A stretch of DNA of 62,319 nt, counting the filler, from Rhabdomonas costata (lineage: Eukaryota): the NCBI GenBank assembly GCA_019059605.1. It is 35 parts of 35 records of this genome, joined end to end, with 100 filler letters (N's around TTAATTAATTAA, not from the genome) between each part and the next. Parts side by side here need not be neighbours in the genome. Positions count along the whole stretch, not along the records: positions 33,885 to 35,567 come from JAHMHO010010715.1; positions 35,668 to 37,350 come from JAHMHO010010716.1; positions 37,451 to 39,131 come from JAHMHO010010717.1; positions 39,232 to 40,914 come from JAHMHO010010718.1; positions 41,015 to 42,697 come from JAHMHO010010719.1; positions 42,798 to 44,480 come from JAHMHO010010720.1; positions 44,581 to 46,263 come from JAHMHO010010721.1; positions 46,364 to 48,046 come from JAHMHO010010722.1; 27 more parts are not named here. One strand, given 5' to 3'. The position numbers and the translations under genes are program-made. Below are positions 34,625 to 47,197 of this stretch, in pieces; positions within the stretch are counted from its first letter, which is position 1; each line of letters opens with the position of its first letter. The notes under the pieces were generated by a model. That model did not search any database, was not told the origin of the DNA, and worked only from the letters and a program-made list of their open reading frames with translations.

Positions 34625-37450
34625 GTGCGTTGCCCTCCATTCTCCACCCCGCACGCGCAAGTGTGCAAAAAGACGGTACCCAGACACAATACGCTCCTTG
34701 AAAGAACGCAACTCTGGAGTGCCATTGTTTCTTTCTGAGTTACGAGAACTGATGGTGGTGACTCCTGCTTTTGTGGCCAAATATTCTTGCACGGGTTGCT
34801 TTTGGCGATGACTGCCAAGAACTTCTGATGCCCCCCCCCCCCGATTGTGGATCCTGGAAGCTTGCCACCTTTGACCCATGATCTTTTAACTTTTTGCGCT
34901 GGTTCGCTGGTTAGCTCAAAGTGTTCAGTACATCGTTCAGGCCGAACCTGTGGACGCGCTGGCCGGCGCAGTTGAGGCCACCCCCTCTGGCCGTAAAATG
35001 CAAGACAGTCTTGATGCTTCCCTTTGGGGCCGCTGTTCTTTGTGGAGGATATTCGACACGCAGTAAAAAAGAAGCAGTGAAAAAATGATGATATTGACTC
35101 TTGATGATCATTAAGGAAGAAATCCTGATGATTTTATGTATGAGTCTTGCTGCTGTCCTTTGGTGCGCGCAGGCCCTGGTACGCAATTTACCCTTGCGCC
35201 CTTCCTGAGGAGGAAACTCACAGACTGCTCGCAGAGGTACGTCCCCAAGCACCGTGCTCCATTGTGCGAAAACGTTTGTTTGCTTGCCTTTGTTTGCTTC
35301 GCAAATATTGTGTATGGTGTACCCCGCACATTGTCACTGCAAAATTCACTCGCTTTGTGGCTACGTCATAGTTCCTGTCTCGCGCATCCCTCCTCACCAC
35401 ACACACGCCATATAAGAGACAATGTGTTGATTTGAGCGAACTCCGATGAGCTGTGAGCCATGCTTTTGCCACAGTCAGGAACTACTCAGTGTCCTGTACG
35501 TTGAAGCGTGTGTTGGGCACTTCCATGTGGCTCTCCAAAAAGCCAAAAAGCCCTTTAACCCCACCCCNNNNNNNNNNNNNNNNNNNNNNNNNNNNNNNNN
35601 NNNNNNNNNNNTTAATTAATTAANNNNNNNNNNNNNNNNNNNNNNNNNNNNNNNNNNNNNNNNNNNNCTTTCTGCCACTCTTTTTATGTGTGCAGGACCC
35701 TCGCACGGGAGAGCTTCGGCAGCGCCACCGTGTGAGGGGCACGAAAAGCCTGAGGCAGCTCGCAGCCCTTAGCAACTGCACGGAGGTGCTTACCGCTACG
35801 CAGCCCGGACCGTAGAAGATTCACGTGGAGAGTCGGACAGCGTCTCCTCCGCCGTGCACCTCGGATCGATGGCAGCGTCTCCGCCGTCGCTCTTTTTCCG
35901 GCTTCCGCTGAACAGCACGCTGCCCACAGCACCATGGACCCGCGGGATGTGGGGGGCTTGACACCCTCAGGTGTAGTTATGGGTTTGGCTCCGCCTCCGT
36001 GCCTGGCTGCTTCCTCTGAACACCACCCACTGTGGCGTAGACAAGTGTTTGGCGGTTTTGTCCCTGAACCTGCATTTGTCTTGTGCTGTCTTGTGGAGCA
36101 GGCGGCGGGCCCCAAGGAGGGTGAGGTTGTTGACAACCTCAGCTATAATTATAGGCCGATTTGCTGTCGCGAGGAATTCGAGCTCTTTCGTGCGCTTGAT
36201 GTGGGAAGGGCGAGGGGTATCATCGCCTAACGACGTAATTGGCTTTGTGCACTTCACCTTTATGCTTGGTAGCGCCTCGGGAAATCAGGGTGGACATGGC
36301 ACGTTTCTTTTTTTTTTTTTGCCTCCTTCCACTCCGGACTCTGGCGAATTACCAATGCCCCATAAAGTCCACCCCCCCCCCTGTCTCTCTACAGCACAGC
36401 GCCGCTTTACCTCCCCTCGTTCTGTTCACCCCAAAACGGTCTCTTTTTGCCGTGATGAATTTGCGGGAGGGAGCCCTTCTGCAGCTTCTTTCTCTGCCTC
36501 CTCCAATCCGAAGCACAAAATGCAAACCTCCCCTTCCCAATATGCCGTTTACCTGCGCACCCCCTGATTCTACTTTTTACACATTCTTGCACATCTCAGA
36601 CCACCGGCCTCTTTTCCACTCATATCCGTCACCTCCTCCTAAGCATCATCCTTTCAGTCTTTCTCCTGTCCTCTCACTCCTACCATACCTTGTCCGCTAT
36701 TGCCTCTGCTTTCTCTTTTTCTCTCTCTTTCTGCGCACCCTTCCCTCACCCCATCTTCCCCTTCCCGCATTTTTTTTGTAGCCTTCCTGCTCGCCTGGAC
36801 GACTTTCGATTGTTGCTGCTTTGTACTTTTCGGGGTTAGTGGCCTACTGCTTTCCTTTCCTTGGTCAGGGTGGTGCTTCAGGCGGTGGGCGCTGCATTGA
36901 GAGTGGGCGGATGGATTGGGTGGGCTTGAATCTGGATTGGGCAAAAATGGGACTTTTGGGTGGAGGAAAATGAAGAGCAATTTGAATGTTTTGAGAAATA
37001 GTCGTTAGTGCAAAAAGAATGTAAGAATTATCGACCCTCGCTCCAGTAACTCGATGGGGGAGGGGGCAAGAAATCCGGGCGGAGGAAAAAGGAATTGTTC
37101 GTATTTTGTTTTGGAAAACCCGAGGGTCCGTCCGGATAATTTTAAAGCTCGGTGACTTCTTCTGAACCTAAAAATGGTGCAGAAATCTGCGGGATCTAAT
37201 TCAGTTTCTGCGAAATGCGCCTGCTCGCCTTTGGCTTTTCACTGCGACTTTCATTCATCTTTTGCGACAGCAAGCGTAGTACAGCCTCTTTAATACAAAG
37301 CGTCGGTCCTGTTTGTTCTGGAGGCACAAAAGAAGAGCTGGCCCCACACANNNNNNNNNNNNNNNNNNNNNNNNNNNNNNNNNNNNNNNNNNNNTTAATT
37401 AATTAANNNNNNNNNNNNNNNNNNNNNNNNNNNNNNNNNNNNNNNNNNNN

Positions 37451-37883
37451 GGTGATTAACTGTTGCCAGAGGATAATCGATCTGGCTCTATGATATAGGG
37501 CGAGGGTCCCACCCTTTCTATTTCTGTACTTTGTTGTGTCTTGTGCTTCGTTTTGCACCCTCAGCTAGAACTACAAGCAAGAGCTGCTGCATACCAAACG
37601 TACCGAAATGCAATCAAGTTTTTAACAGATAATGGCCGTTCTGTCCCCTGAAAGTTATGTTGCGTATGTTATTTCACGTTAAGATATGCACTTCGGTACG
37701 TTTGGTATGCAGCAGCTCTTGCTTGTAGTTTGGTCTTTGGATTCTGCTGGCTGTTCAGGTGATTAACTGTTGCCAGAGGATAATCGATCTGGCTCTATGA
37801 TATAGGGCGAGGGTCCCACCCTTTCTATTTCTGTACTTTGTTGTGTCTTGTGCTTCGTTTTGCACCCTCAGCTAGAACTACAA
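37451..37883. repeat. ~126-bp direct repeat (37451-37576, ~37758-37883) with a nested ~37-bp inverted repeat
   Basis: ggtgattaactg...gaactacaag occurs twice, and actacaagcaagagctgctgcataccaaacgtaccgaa is inverted at ~37692-37729. Confidence 0.9.
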
Positions 37884-38637
37884 GGACTTCATCGCTGTTG
37901 TCCGCTTCGTTCCAGTTCCAGTAAGCGGGTGGCTAACACCATCTCCCCTTTACTGTGCGTGAAGATTGACCCCTTTTCTTTTCATGCCGCCATGTCCTTT
38001 TCGCCTCCGTACCTTTGTCTGCTACTCACCCATGGAGTACGGGCCCTGGCCACGTATGTGCGTGTGTGCGTGGGATACAAGCGGACCGCAGCGAAGGGAA
38101 AACCAGCGAAGAGCCTGCTCTGCGTGGTGATTGGTTTTCCTCAGTGACCCGGAAAGAACCTGCTCTCCATTGGCTTTTGCTTCCCTCCTCCCTCCCCAGT
38201 GCGTCTTGGCCGGTTTCCATTGTGCTGTGCTTTTCTCGACTGGCAAGTGTGTAGGGGGTCTCCTGTGAGCTCTTGCTCTCAGCTTCCCCCCCAACTCTGT
38301 AGCCTTCAACACGCCCCACACCCCATTCACTCACCCGTCTCTATCCCCTTCTGTCACGTGTTCTCCAGTCGTCCCTCCCGGTCGTGTTCAGAGAGGGTTC
38401 CCCTGGATTCATCCTTTTCTATGAAATCTTGTTTCAGAACGACTTTTTCCCCCGGTGTGTGTAATTTAGTTTTTCTTTGCTGCACGCTGCTTCGACGTCT
38501 TGTATAAAGTCGCCAGCGACGGGAAAGATGCACGTTGAGCTTTTCTGCATTTTTGCTGTTCAGTGGGTGGGCGGTAGGCGTAGTACTGCAAAAAAAAAGC
38601 GTAGTGCTGCAAAAAAATGAGCTGCCGATTATGTCCG

Positions 38638-38699
38638 TCATGGAAACTCATGGAAACTCATGGAAACTCATGGAAACTCATGGAAACTAATGGAAACTC
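38638..38699 (+). repeat. (ATGGAAACTC) x6 decamer tandem repeat
   Basis: Direct reading; one copy has a substitution. Confidence 0.95.
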
Positions 38700-40125
38700 T
38701 CGGGCTCAAGTCTGTATGTCCGGAAAATGTCAAAGACAACAGTTATGGGTTGGCCTGCAAGCTCTGCAGCGTCCCGGCTTGTGATTGCCCCATATTGCGG
38801 TGATGGTAATCGACCCCACCAGCCAGAAAGGAGAGAGAGAGAGAGAGAGGAGGGGTAACCTGTGCTTACCTGCAGGGTCCTCGGAAGTCGATGCCGAGAT
38901 TTTCGATTGTCATCGTAAATTAGTCTTGCAAGACATTCACTGCACAGACAAGGACCCCGAGGAACAATGCTTGTGTGTGGGCCCATGCCAGCAATCCCCG
39001 ACCAGAGGCTGAATGAGTCCGAGCAAGGGGGGTTCGCGAGCCGGGTGCACATGTCCTGCCCAGTGTGAAATCCGTGCGGGGCCACGCACGCCGCCAGCTG
39101 CGAGGCGGGAGAACACGCTGTACCACCACACNNNNNNNNNNNNNNNNNNNNNNNNNNNNNNNNNNNNNNNNNNNNTTAATTAATTAANNNNNNNNNNNNN
39201 NNNNNNNNNNNNNNNNNNNNNNNNNNNNNNNGGTTTTTGGGACAAAGTGGGGACCACATAGGCCCAAATATCATATAACGCCTGAAAGAAATCAACGAAA
39301 CACACCCTACTGGATCCCTTTCAATTAACCCATCGCCCTTCCACAAAACCACAGCCCCAGTAGCCTCATAACTATACCGGGGCTCCACCACCCCACAGCC
39401 CCCTGATTCCCGAAACCCCATGAAAACCGAAATCGCCCCCTCCTTGCTAATAACACAACCGGCTACCGGGCCACAGCGCATCTCAGGTGAATCACCACGA
39501 GCGCACTTTTCGTGCCCTTAGCTTATCATATATTGCCGGTGCCAATTAAAAATGAAAGTGGGAAAAGGTGGTCTCCATAAGCGAGCATTTGGACTCGCGG
39601 GGGGTTTAGGGAGATTAAAAAAGTGTCTCCCTTTGTAAACCATGTCACCGCAATTGCTTGTGATTGGGTGCAACTAAGTTCAGCTCACCTTAGCTCACCT
39701 TTATCAGATATGCCAATGGTTTCGAGGTGTGTGGGTGAGCATAGGTTAAGTTTTATAGTTCTTTCTTTGACAATGCACGGGCCATATAACGCATTGGTCC
39801 AAACCAAAATCACCACAGAGCTTTTTATGCTATTTGCCACAACTTCTGCAAAAGTAAGAACTGGGCTGAGAACAAGCCACAGTGCCTTTTCCTCCCGCGT
39901 GTGCACGTGTGTCCAGTTCTGTGATTCTGAAAGACGCAAGAACATACACGTGTTACCACAAAGCCACCACTGGCGGCGAGCACCATGCTAAACCATACAG
40001 GTCTGGTTCCGGGATCCATTCTTACGCCCTTACAGCCGCTGTCTGAACCAGCAACAGCTGAACCGGAGCGGCCTTCTGGCTCATAGGAAAATGAAGGTTC
40101 CACTGACCTCTGCGGGATTGACCTT

Positions 40126-40908
40126 CTACTGGTCGGGTAATGGCGAGGACCATCTGGCCCTGCGAAGCACCGGAGGAGCTATGGAGTCATCGGAAAGAAG
40201 CACATACTGGATGTCATTGATATTGTGATTGGACCCAATGCTTGCGTGTAGGCAGCCCAGAAAAGGGAAAGCAGTTTTGAGGGTCCAAACGTCGCTCGCT
40301 GAAGCGAAATGCTCGGAAGCTGCGACATCTTGATCCTTGTGGCATAGATCTTCAGATCCAGTCTCCAAATTCCACACGATGTCGATGCGATCCTTCCCAC
40401 CGACGACAATGCGCTTCCCATCCGAGGTGACCATGGCACCCAGCATTGAACTAGAGTGCTCCTCAATGGCGCACTCTTTCCCGGGATCCAGGTTCCACAC
40501 CTTGATGGTGCTGTCGTAACTGCCGCTGACAATTTGTTTCCCATCTGGCGTCACGGCCACGGCCAAGATGGAACTAGTGTGACCTTCGAAGGTTTGCTCT
40601 TCCTTACCAGTGTCCAGGTTCCATACCTTGACGGTCTTGTCACCACTGCCACTGACAATATGCCTTCCGTCCAATGTCACCGCCACGACCCAGACGGAAT
40701 TAGCGTGCCCCTTAAGGGTGCGCACCTTCTTCCCGGTATCCAGGTTCCATATCTTTATGGTCTTGTCGCCACTGCCGCTGATAATGTGCCTTCCGTCTGT
40801 GGTCACAATAAGGGCGTTGACAGCCTTTGCGTGCCCCTCAAGGGTGAACTCCTCTTTCCCAGTGTGAAAGTTCCATTTCTTGATGGTGCAGTCCTCACAA
40901 CCGCACAC
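40126..40908 (-). CDS. WD40-repeat protein, C-terminal part, intronless, 5'-truncated
   Basis: Highly similar 42-aa repeats GH...V.AVAVTxDG+.IVSGSxDKTIKVWNLDTG. Confidence 0.95.
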   Translation of the reverse strand: MCGCEDCTIKKWNFHTGKEEFTLEGHAKAVNALIVTTDGRHIISGSGDKTIKIWNLDTGKKVRTLKGHANSVWVVAVTLDGRHIVSGSGDKTVKVWNLDTGKEEQTFEGHTSSILAVAVTPDGKQIVSGSYDSTIKVWNLDPGKECAIEEHSSSMLGAMVTSDGKRIVVGGKDRIDIVWNLETGSEDLCHKDQDVAASEHFASASDVWTLKTAFPFLGCLHASIGSNHNINDIQYVLLSDDSIAPPVLRRARWSSPLPDQ

Positions 40909-43516
40909 AACACCNNNNNNNNNNNNNNNNNNNNNNNNNNNNNNNNNNNNNNNNNNNNTTAATTAATTAANNNNNNNNNNNNNNNNNNNNNNNNNNNNNN
41001 NNNNNNNNNNNNNNGTTTTGGTTTGCAACTGCCCAGTGGCCCTTTCACAGCTATTTCAGGGCCTTGGGGCAGTATTTGGGCCTTTTCGGGCGGTATATTT
41101 GTCTAGCAGGGGCAATAGGTCGTGATGAACAGTCAGAATGCAAAGATTGGCATATGTGCTGCTGCTGCTGCTGCTGCTGCTGTGCCGAACTTCTTGAAGC
41201 TGCTATGGTTTTCGTGGGCCCTTCCACGAAACCCAGGAGTTGAGATGCATACCTCGTTTCTGGCAGTCAGCTTCACGGTACCCAGGAGTAAACAAAAGCT
41301 ACATATGACGTCAAGAGGTTGTTGGTGTTCCTCGATGTCAAGTTATAAGTTCTGTGCTGTTCCTGTGTCACTTGCAAGCAGACTTTTATAAATAGAGACT
41401 GCACTGATCCCTGTCAGTTCCCGAGTGCTTCCCACTGTTGATGCATTCGGGTTCTTTGCTTTGCTTTCCATCACTCGCTTGCTTAGAGCACTGCTGTTAG
41501 ATGGTTGTTCTTGAAGTTAGCATGACTTTGCCAGAAGATGCTTTGCTGAAGATGCACTGCGGTCTTCCCAATCCGAGCTCATTTTTGTTGTTTGTTGCGA
41601 AGGCGGAACGTTCGAACCTTGATCTCAAGCGTGTAAGAAGAAAAGTACGTCTTTCCTAACTGGCTCCTTTTGGCTCGAGGTGACAGGTGGGGACTTGGGG
41701 GACAGGGTCTGTGTCGGTAATGATGGAGCCGGAGAAGACGGGCGCCGAGGCTACTGGGACCACGGCCTACGCCCCTGACCGTGTAGTGTTGATCGGGGAC
41801 GCTAAGGTCACGCCCTTTGCGGTGTTCTTGGGCCTAGCTCGGCTGATAGCTCACAGCAGCACCCCAGCGCACGGTCCCTCTTCTTCGTCCTCCTCTTCCA
41901 GCCCACCCTCTGCAGAGGCAGACCGCGGGCATGGCGGCGGTGCATTCGCTGCGCCCCTTGCCAAGGCGTAGCTCCGCGGCCCACTCTCGCAAGCCCTAAC
42001 TCGTGGCCTGGTTCGTAGTGAGTTGGATGAAACAACATACTCCTGCTTGTTGCCACCTGTACTCCATATTTGGATAAGTGATCAGAGGAGGTGGGGAGGC
42101 TATGATGTAGAGTAGTATTTCCGAGGGAGGATTCGTTTGTTCCGAAAGGGATCCCCACGCTACTATGAGTCCCAAAAAAACACGAAAGAATCCTTCACAA
42201 ACCGGCGTTGCTGGCATTGCTCCTTCATCGACAACAGCGTACGAAGGGCAGACCGAAGCCTAATCTGTCGCCGAGCTCATCATGCCCATGCCCCTCTGCT
42301 CGGCAGAAGTGCTCCCTACTTCGAGAAGCGATGGAAGCAGAGAGATGATTTGCCACACCAAATGCAGAGACCCAACCAAATCCAAATCTATGGAGATCGT
42401 TCGATCGTTGACTCGTTTGTGGGTTTGTGGTTGAGGGACAAAGAGGGATGCACGCAGTTAGCAGCGGCAGAAGAAAAGGCCCTTCATTCCATGAAGAAGG
42501 CGCGTGGCTGTGGTTTCGTTTTCTTCTCTCAGGTGTTTCTCCTTTTCCCATCTCAGCTTTTTCTGTTTGGAGCCCCAGTGTAATGTGAGCGGTGCTGCCT
42601 CCCCTCTGGCGAGAGTGCAGGCCCTTGGTAGAACTTGTTCTTTCTCTCCTACTTTTCTCACTCTTCGTGCGCGATGGCGGATGTCTGCCCCACACACNNN
42701 NNNNNNNNNNNNNNNNNNNNNNNNNNNNNNNNNNNNNNNNNTTAATTAATTAANNNNNNNNNNNNNNNNNNNNNNNNNNNNNNNNNNNNNNNNNNNNTTG
42801 TGTGGGGTTTCAGTTTGCTATTGCTATCTTAAGCGGTTTCATCAGCTGATGTGTGGGGTCTCCGGTTGCAATTCCATGCTTTTTTTTTTTGCTTTGTTTG
42901 GCCTCGCAAGTGTGCCTGGTGTGCTGTGAAGATACAATTCGGTGATTAGCGGCGAACGTATGCAACAGGGGTGAAGATAAAGAGTGGCCGCTTGTCACGA
43001 ATGCTTTCCAAACGAGACCTGTTTCGCTGTTGTGGAGGGGGGGTGCGGGTGTCAAACCAACTTTGGGCCAGCGGTACAAACGGAGTGTGTTGCTCTGATG
43101 CATGGGCTTCTCCCCCAGCTTTAACCCGTTGTGGTCAATGGAGATAGCTAGACCGACGTGCACCTCTGAGGGTATCAAGGGCGAAGCGTGCCGGTCTCAT
43201 TGTCAGGCAAATAGGTTCTGTTGGCTGTGTATATTTCTTGCGCATGGCCCTATGGCTGTGGTCACCACTCCCATTTGTCCATTTTTCTGACACACGGTTG
43301 TTGCAGGTCCGCGCAATGCGCGGAGGATGCCTGTTTTACCGCCCCGAATTCTTGTCTTGACACTCTTGCTTTTTCTGGCCACTTTGAAAAAACTCTTGTC
43401 GCGTTGTTTTTTAGTTACAGTGTCTCTGAAATTTTTCGGCACGCCCAGCAGACCACTTAGTCTCCAGAAACGTCCAGCCAACCGCAGTGCCTCTCAGTGA
43501 GTGATCCCCACCACAG

Positions 43517-43869
43517 GGCTTCCACGAGGGGGTCTTCGGCGCGGGCCAACGGTGGCATCCGCGGTGTTTCAAGTGCGTGCAGTGCGGGGAGGTCCTTGCC
43601 TCGGAGTACACCACAGACCGCCGCGCGGTGCCTGGACTTCCTCAGGGCGCTGCGGCTTGCCTGTGGTGCGCGAAGACGGCCCTGGCGCCGCAGTGTGCGC
43701 GGTGTGGAGGGAAGGTATGCGACGGGTTCAACTTCATCGACGGGGAGGCCCACTGCCGGGCGTGCTTCGGGAAGCACCTTCTGAAGGTCCCTCCAAAAGA
43801 GGAAGCCCACGCGGCTGCCGAGGGCCAGCCCGAAGCCGAGGCAGCGAAGGGCTTATCCTCAGCCCCCGG
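43517..43869 (+). CDS. LIM-domain protein exon
   Basis: After cacag|: GFHEGVFGAGQRWHPRCFKCVQCGEVL...ACLWC...APQCARCGGKV...IDGEAHCRACF (WHxxCFxCxxC). Confidence 0.85.
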
Positions 43870-46363
43870 GTGTTCTATTCTCTGTGCATTGTGTTCTCTC
43901 TGACTTCGCGGAAAGATTACCCCAAGCGCTGCATGGACACGTGCAATGCTACGCTCAGGTTGCATTGTGAGGGCATGGCCTGTATGTTGTGCGTTGCCTC
44001 CGACTGTCACCATTCTTTATGGGAAGGAGTAGAAGGTTATGGGGTTGGTATGTTTTGCATCGTTTTCGTTTCGGTGTCTCTCAGAAGCGCATACAGGTTC
44101 ACTTCTCACAAATGAATCGGGAGACTGAACCCTTTTCGAGCCTGGGAGGGGAGGCAGTGATTCTTGCATGAAAAAAAACAAGCAGAATCAAACGCCAGTA
44201 TACTTCCTTCATCCCATGATCCCATGGCTGGAAGTTAGGGAGACCCCCACACACAAAAATGTATTGTGGTCGCTGTCATAATCCTCTTACTCAAATCTTG
44301 GGCAAGATGGGGGCTACCAGGGTTACCCCCTCTATCCTTTCTCGAGGCTCCATTGGCCGGGCATGCTATAGCTCTTGTGGTGCCAGATTACCACTACTTA
44401 CACCTAGGAACCCCACAAGGCTATGGCGTGGCGACGAAGAGACCCCCGACAAAGTAGGGCGCGCTGCATGCCGGAACTGGNNNNNNNNNNNNNNNNNNNN
44501 NNNNNNNNNNNNNNNNNNNNNNNNTTAATTAATTAANNNNNNNNNNNNNNNNNNNNNNNNNNNNNNNNNNNNNNNNNNNNATGTGTGTTTGGTTTGTGGG
44601 TTATTATTACTCAACAGGAAGGTGGTTCTCGCAAGCCTCCCAGCAGCGGTTCTTAATCCTACGAGAAAGCAGAAAGAGAGGGAGAGCGATAGGAACCAAC
44701 ATCATATTGTGGGTTATTATTACTCTTTCGACGAGTGAGACATGGGCAAGGGATACAGGCCGACAGCTCATTTGGCCAGTCGATTTGAGCATGCACCATA
44801 AGCGGGGCAAACAATAAAGCAAATAAAGCAATACAAAGCAAGCAAAAAAACGGTTTGAAAAAATACATTACGAGCCAAGAGAGAGAAGTCAAGCCAAGAG
44901 TCCATGTATCCTCAGAGCTCAAAATGTGGCGGGTCGGGCTGCGTGCGTTTCGGGGATATAATGAAGTGTGTGTATGTACCCCACTGTGTGAAGTTAGAAA
45001 CAGAGAGGGCCCAACGCCAACTCCAAAGGAAACGTTGCGCGAAAACCGGTCCACCAGCAAACCTTGTGAAAAAGTCCACCACTTCCACGTGGACGGCCCA
45101 GGTGTCCATCGACATTATCACACCCCAAGGCGGCTTTAGTGAGCCCAGTATCAAGAGTATGAAGGTGCAGATGGTCGAAGTCAGGAGAAGCAGGAAAACC
45201 CGTAAGAAAAAGTAAGCGTTCTTCCAAAAGAACAGCGCCTATACAGAGACACCATGACACCGGGCAAGGAAAGAATGCAAAGCTGACCAGCTGATTAAAT
45301 TGCGTACTGAAAACTTTTTCCGAACAAACTTTATGACCTGTCCTGTCACCTCACGTGCCCAACTCAACGCACATTCGACCCCTCCCTTTCACCCCTTCCT
45401 CTCAGGAGATATGCTTCGCGAACCACGAAACCGTGGAGATCAATCTTCCCTTACCCATCAGAACCACCACCCTGCCAAACGATCACTGCAGCACCCCCGA
45501 AACAAAAAACCGCGACTCTCGAAATACTGCCGCTAAAAACCCGAATGTAGGGGGGTTGCTATGGCCCTGCAGTGCTGTTGGTTGCCATGGGCTCGCCAGG
45601 GACCCCTTTGCGGGGGTCCGCCCTCAGCCCACAGGCCCACAGCTGCTGCCAGTGCGCCCACTGTGCCTGTCGCGCGGCGGCTGCGGGCCGCAGCCCCGTG
45701 GAGTACGTCCTTACAAGCGCCGCCCACCGCGCAGAGCACCCCGCGCGGTGCCGCCCCAGGTAACCCCGAAGAATAGGGCTTGTTACCTCTACGCGACACA
45801 TGGACCCAGGGGAAAAGGCAAGGCAAGACAGGGCAAGGCAACGCAAGGCAAACGTTGAAGGGGCAATGCAGCGCAACCCTGATTTGCTTTCAAAAAATGC
45901 TGGTCGCCAGCCTTCGGTGCATCCTTATTTTTGCCAGTCTTTTTTGTCATACAAAAATCCGAAAGTCCAATGGTCTCCTCTTTTTTTTTCACAGCGGCGC
46001 ATTCACGATTGTAGACTGACTGTAAATAGCGAGCCTTGCTGAAAAGCTGGCACAGACCGAAAAGAAACGAAAGCGACGTGGGCCTTCGAAGCAGCGCCAA
46101 AACCAGTAAAAAAAAAGAAGAGTTCTCTCGTAACAGCACGCCTAGTGCCTCGCGCGCAAACAACGGTATGAAGCCCTCAAAGTGACGACGGTATGAGGCA
46201 ATTGCAGCCCATTCTGCACAGGCTCTCCTCCCGCACAACCGCAACTGACCCCAACCCAACACANNNNNNNNNNNNNNNNNNNNNNNNNNNNNNNNNNNNN
46301 NNNNNNNTTAATTAATTAANNNNNNNNNNNNNNNNNNNNNNNNNNNNNNNNNNNNNNNNNNNN

Positions 46364-47197
46364 GTTGTTGGGTGCGTGCACAGCAGCAGCAGGTTCCGCG
46401 GGTCGGCGTCCTCCATGGTGTTGTAGTTGTAGACCTTCATTGTTTTGGGGTGTAACCCTGCTATTCTGACCTGCACCACACCTCTGTGTGTACACCTCCA
46501 TGCCTTATGCCGCCACCATCACTTCTCATCAAACGAATGAACAGACACCAATTGCTTGCCGACTGGGGAGGCTGCCTTCGGCTGAGTTGAACTCCACCCA
46601 CCCTCTGGACCAAGCTTTGGATACGTCAAAGCAAGGTAGACGCGGTGCAAGTGCTGCCATAGGCAACATCCAGACTCACAAGACCTCGTTTTCAGCAATA
46701 CAACTCTGCGTCAAAAAATATTGTATCCTTTGAGAATGAAGGCGAACCTCCGTGCAGAACTCTACCGCCTCCCGATCCTCGATCGGCAGGAACACCGCCT
46801 GGAACCGGATCGTCAGCAGCTCATCCACGGCGCTGGCGAAGAGGTCGTGCGTGTGGATCCCGGCGTACCCCGCATGCTCCTGCAGGCGGCTCAGGAACGC
46901 CTTCAGCGTGACCGGACGGGGGGCCGCCCCGCCCCGCTCCCCGTTGCCCACCACCACAGCCACCTCCCTGGCCGCCACGTACCCCAGCCGCTCGTTCCAG
47001 TTCTCACTGCGCAGGGTGTACAGTAGCTTCCCGCTCTTCTCCCACAACCGCACATCGGAGATGTTCGCGCCCCAGCAGCTCAGCCCGCCCCCCACCGTGC
47101 CCCGCTGCGCGTCCTCCCAGCTCACGGGCTTGCACTGGAATCCAGCTTTGGCCGCGGCCTTGTCAATCGCTTCCACGGTTTGTGCAATGGAGGCCAT
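46364..47197 (-). CDS. Conserved uncharacterised protein, N-terminal two exons
   Basis: Exons 46748-47197 (150 aa from ATG) and 46364-46434 join in phase 0: VSWEDAQR..SCWGANISDV..RSENWNE..VVVGN..RFQAVFLP..EFCTE|VYNYNT..DPRNLLLLCT. Codon usage is strongly GC3. Confidence 0.75.

Noticed and set aside
33833-34879. 348-aa minus-strand ORF
   Set aside because: It has no recognisable motif and lies antisense to plus-strand exons with good splice sites. It is probably a shadow ORF.
37451-37883. Direct plus inverted repeat as an LTR or composite element
   Set aside because: The copies are identical, lie at a contig start and have nested switch points, which is best explained by template switching or misassembly.
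38638-38699. Decamer array as CRISPR or iterons
   Set aside because: It is a head-to-tail minisatellite without spacers in eukaryotic intron-like DNA.
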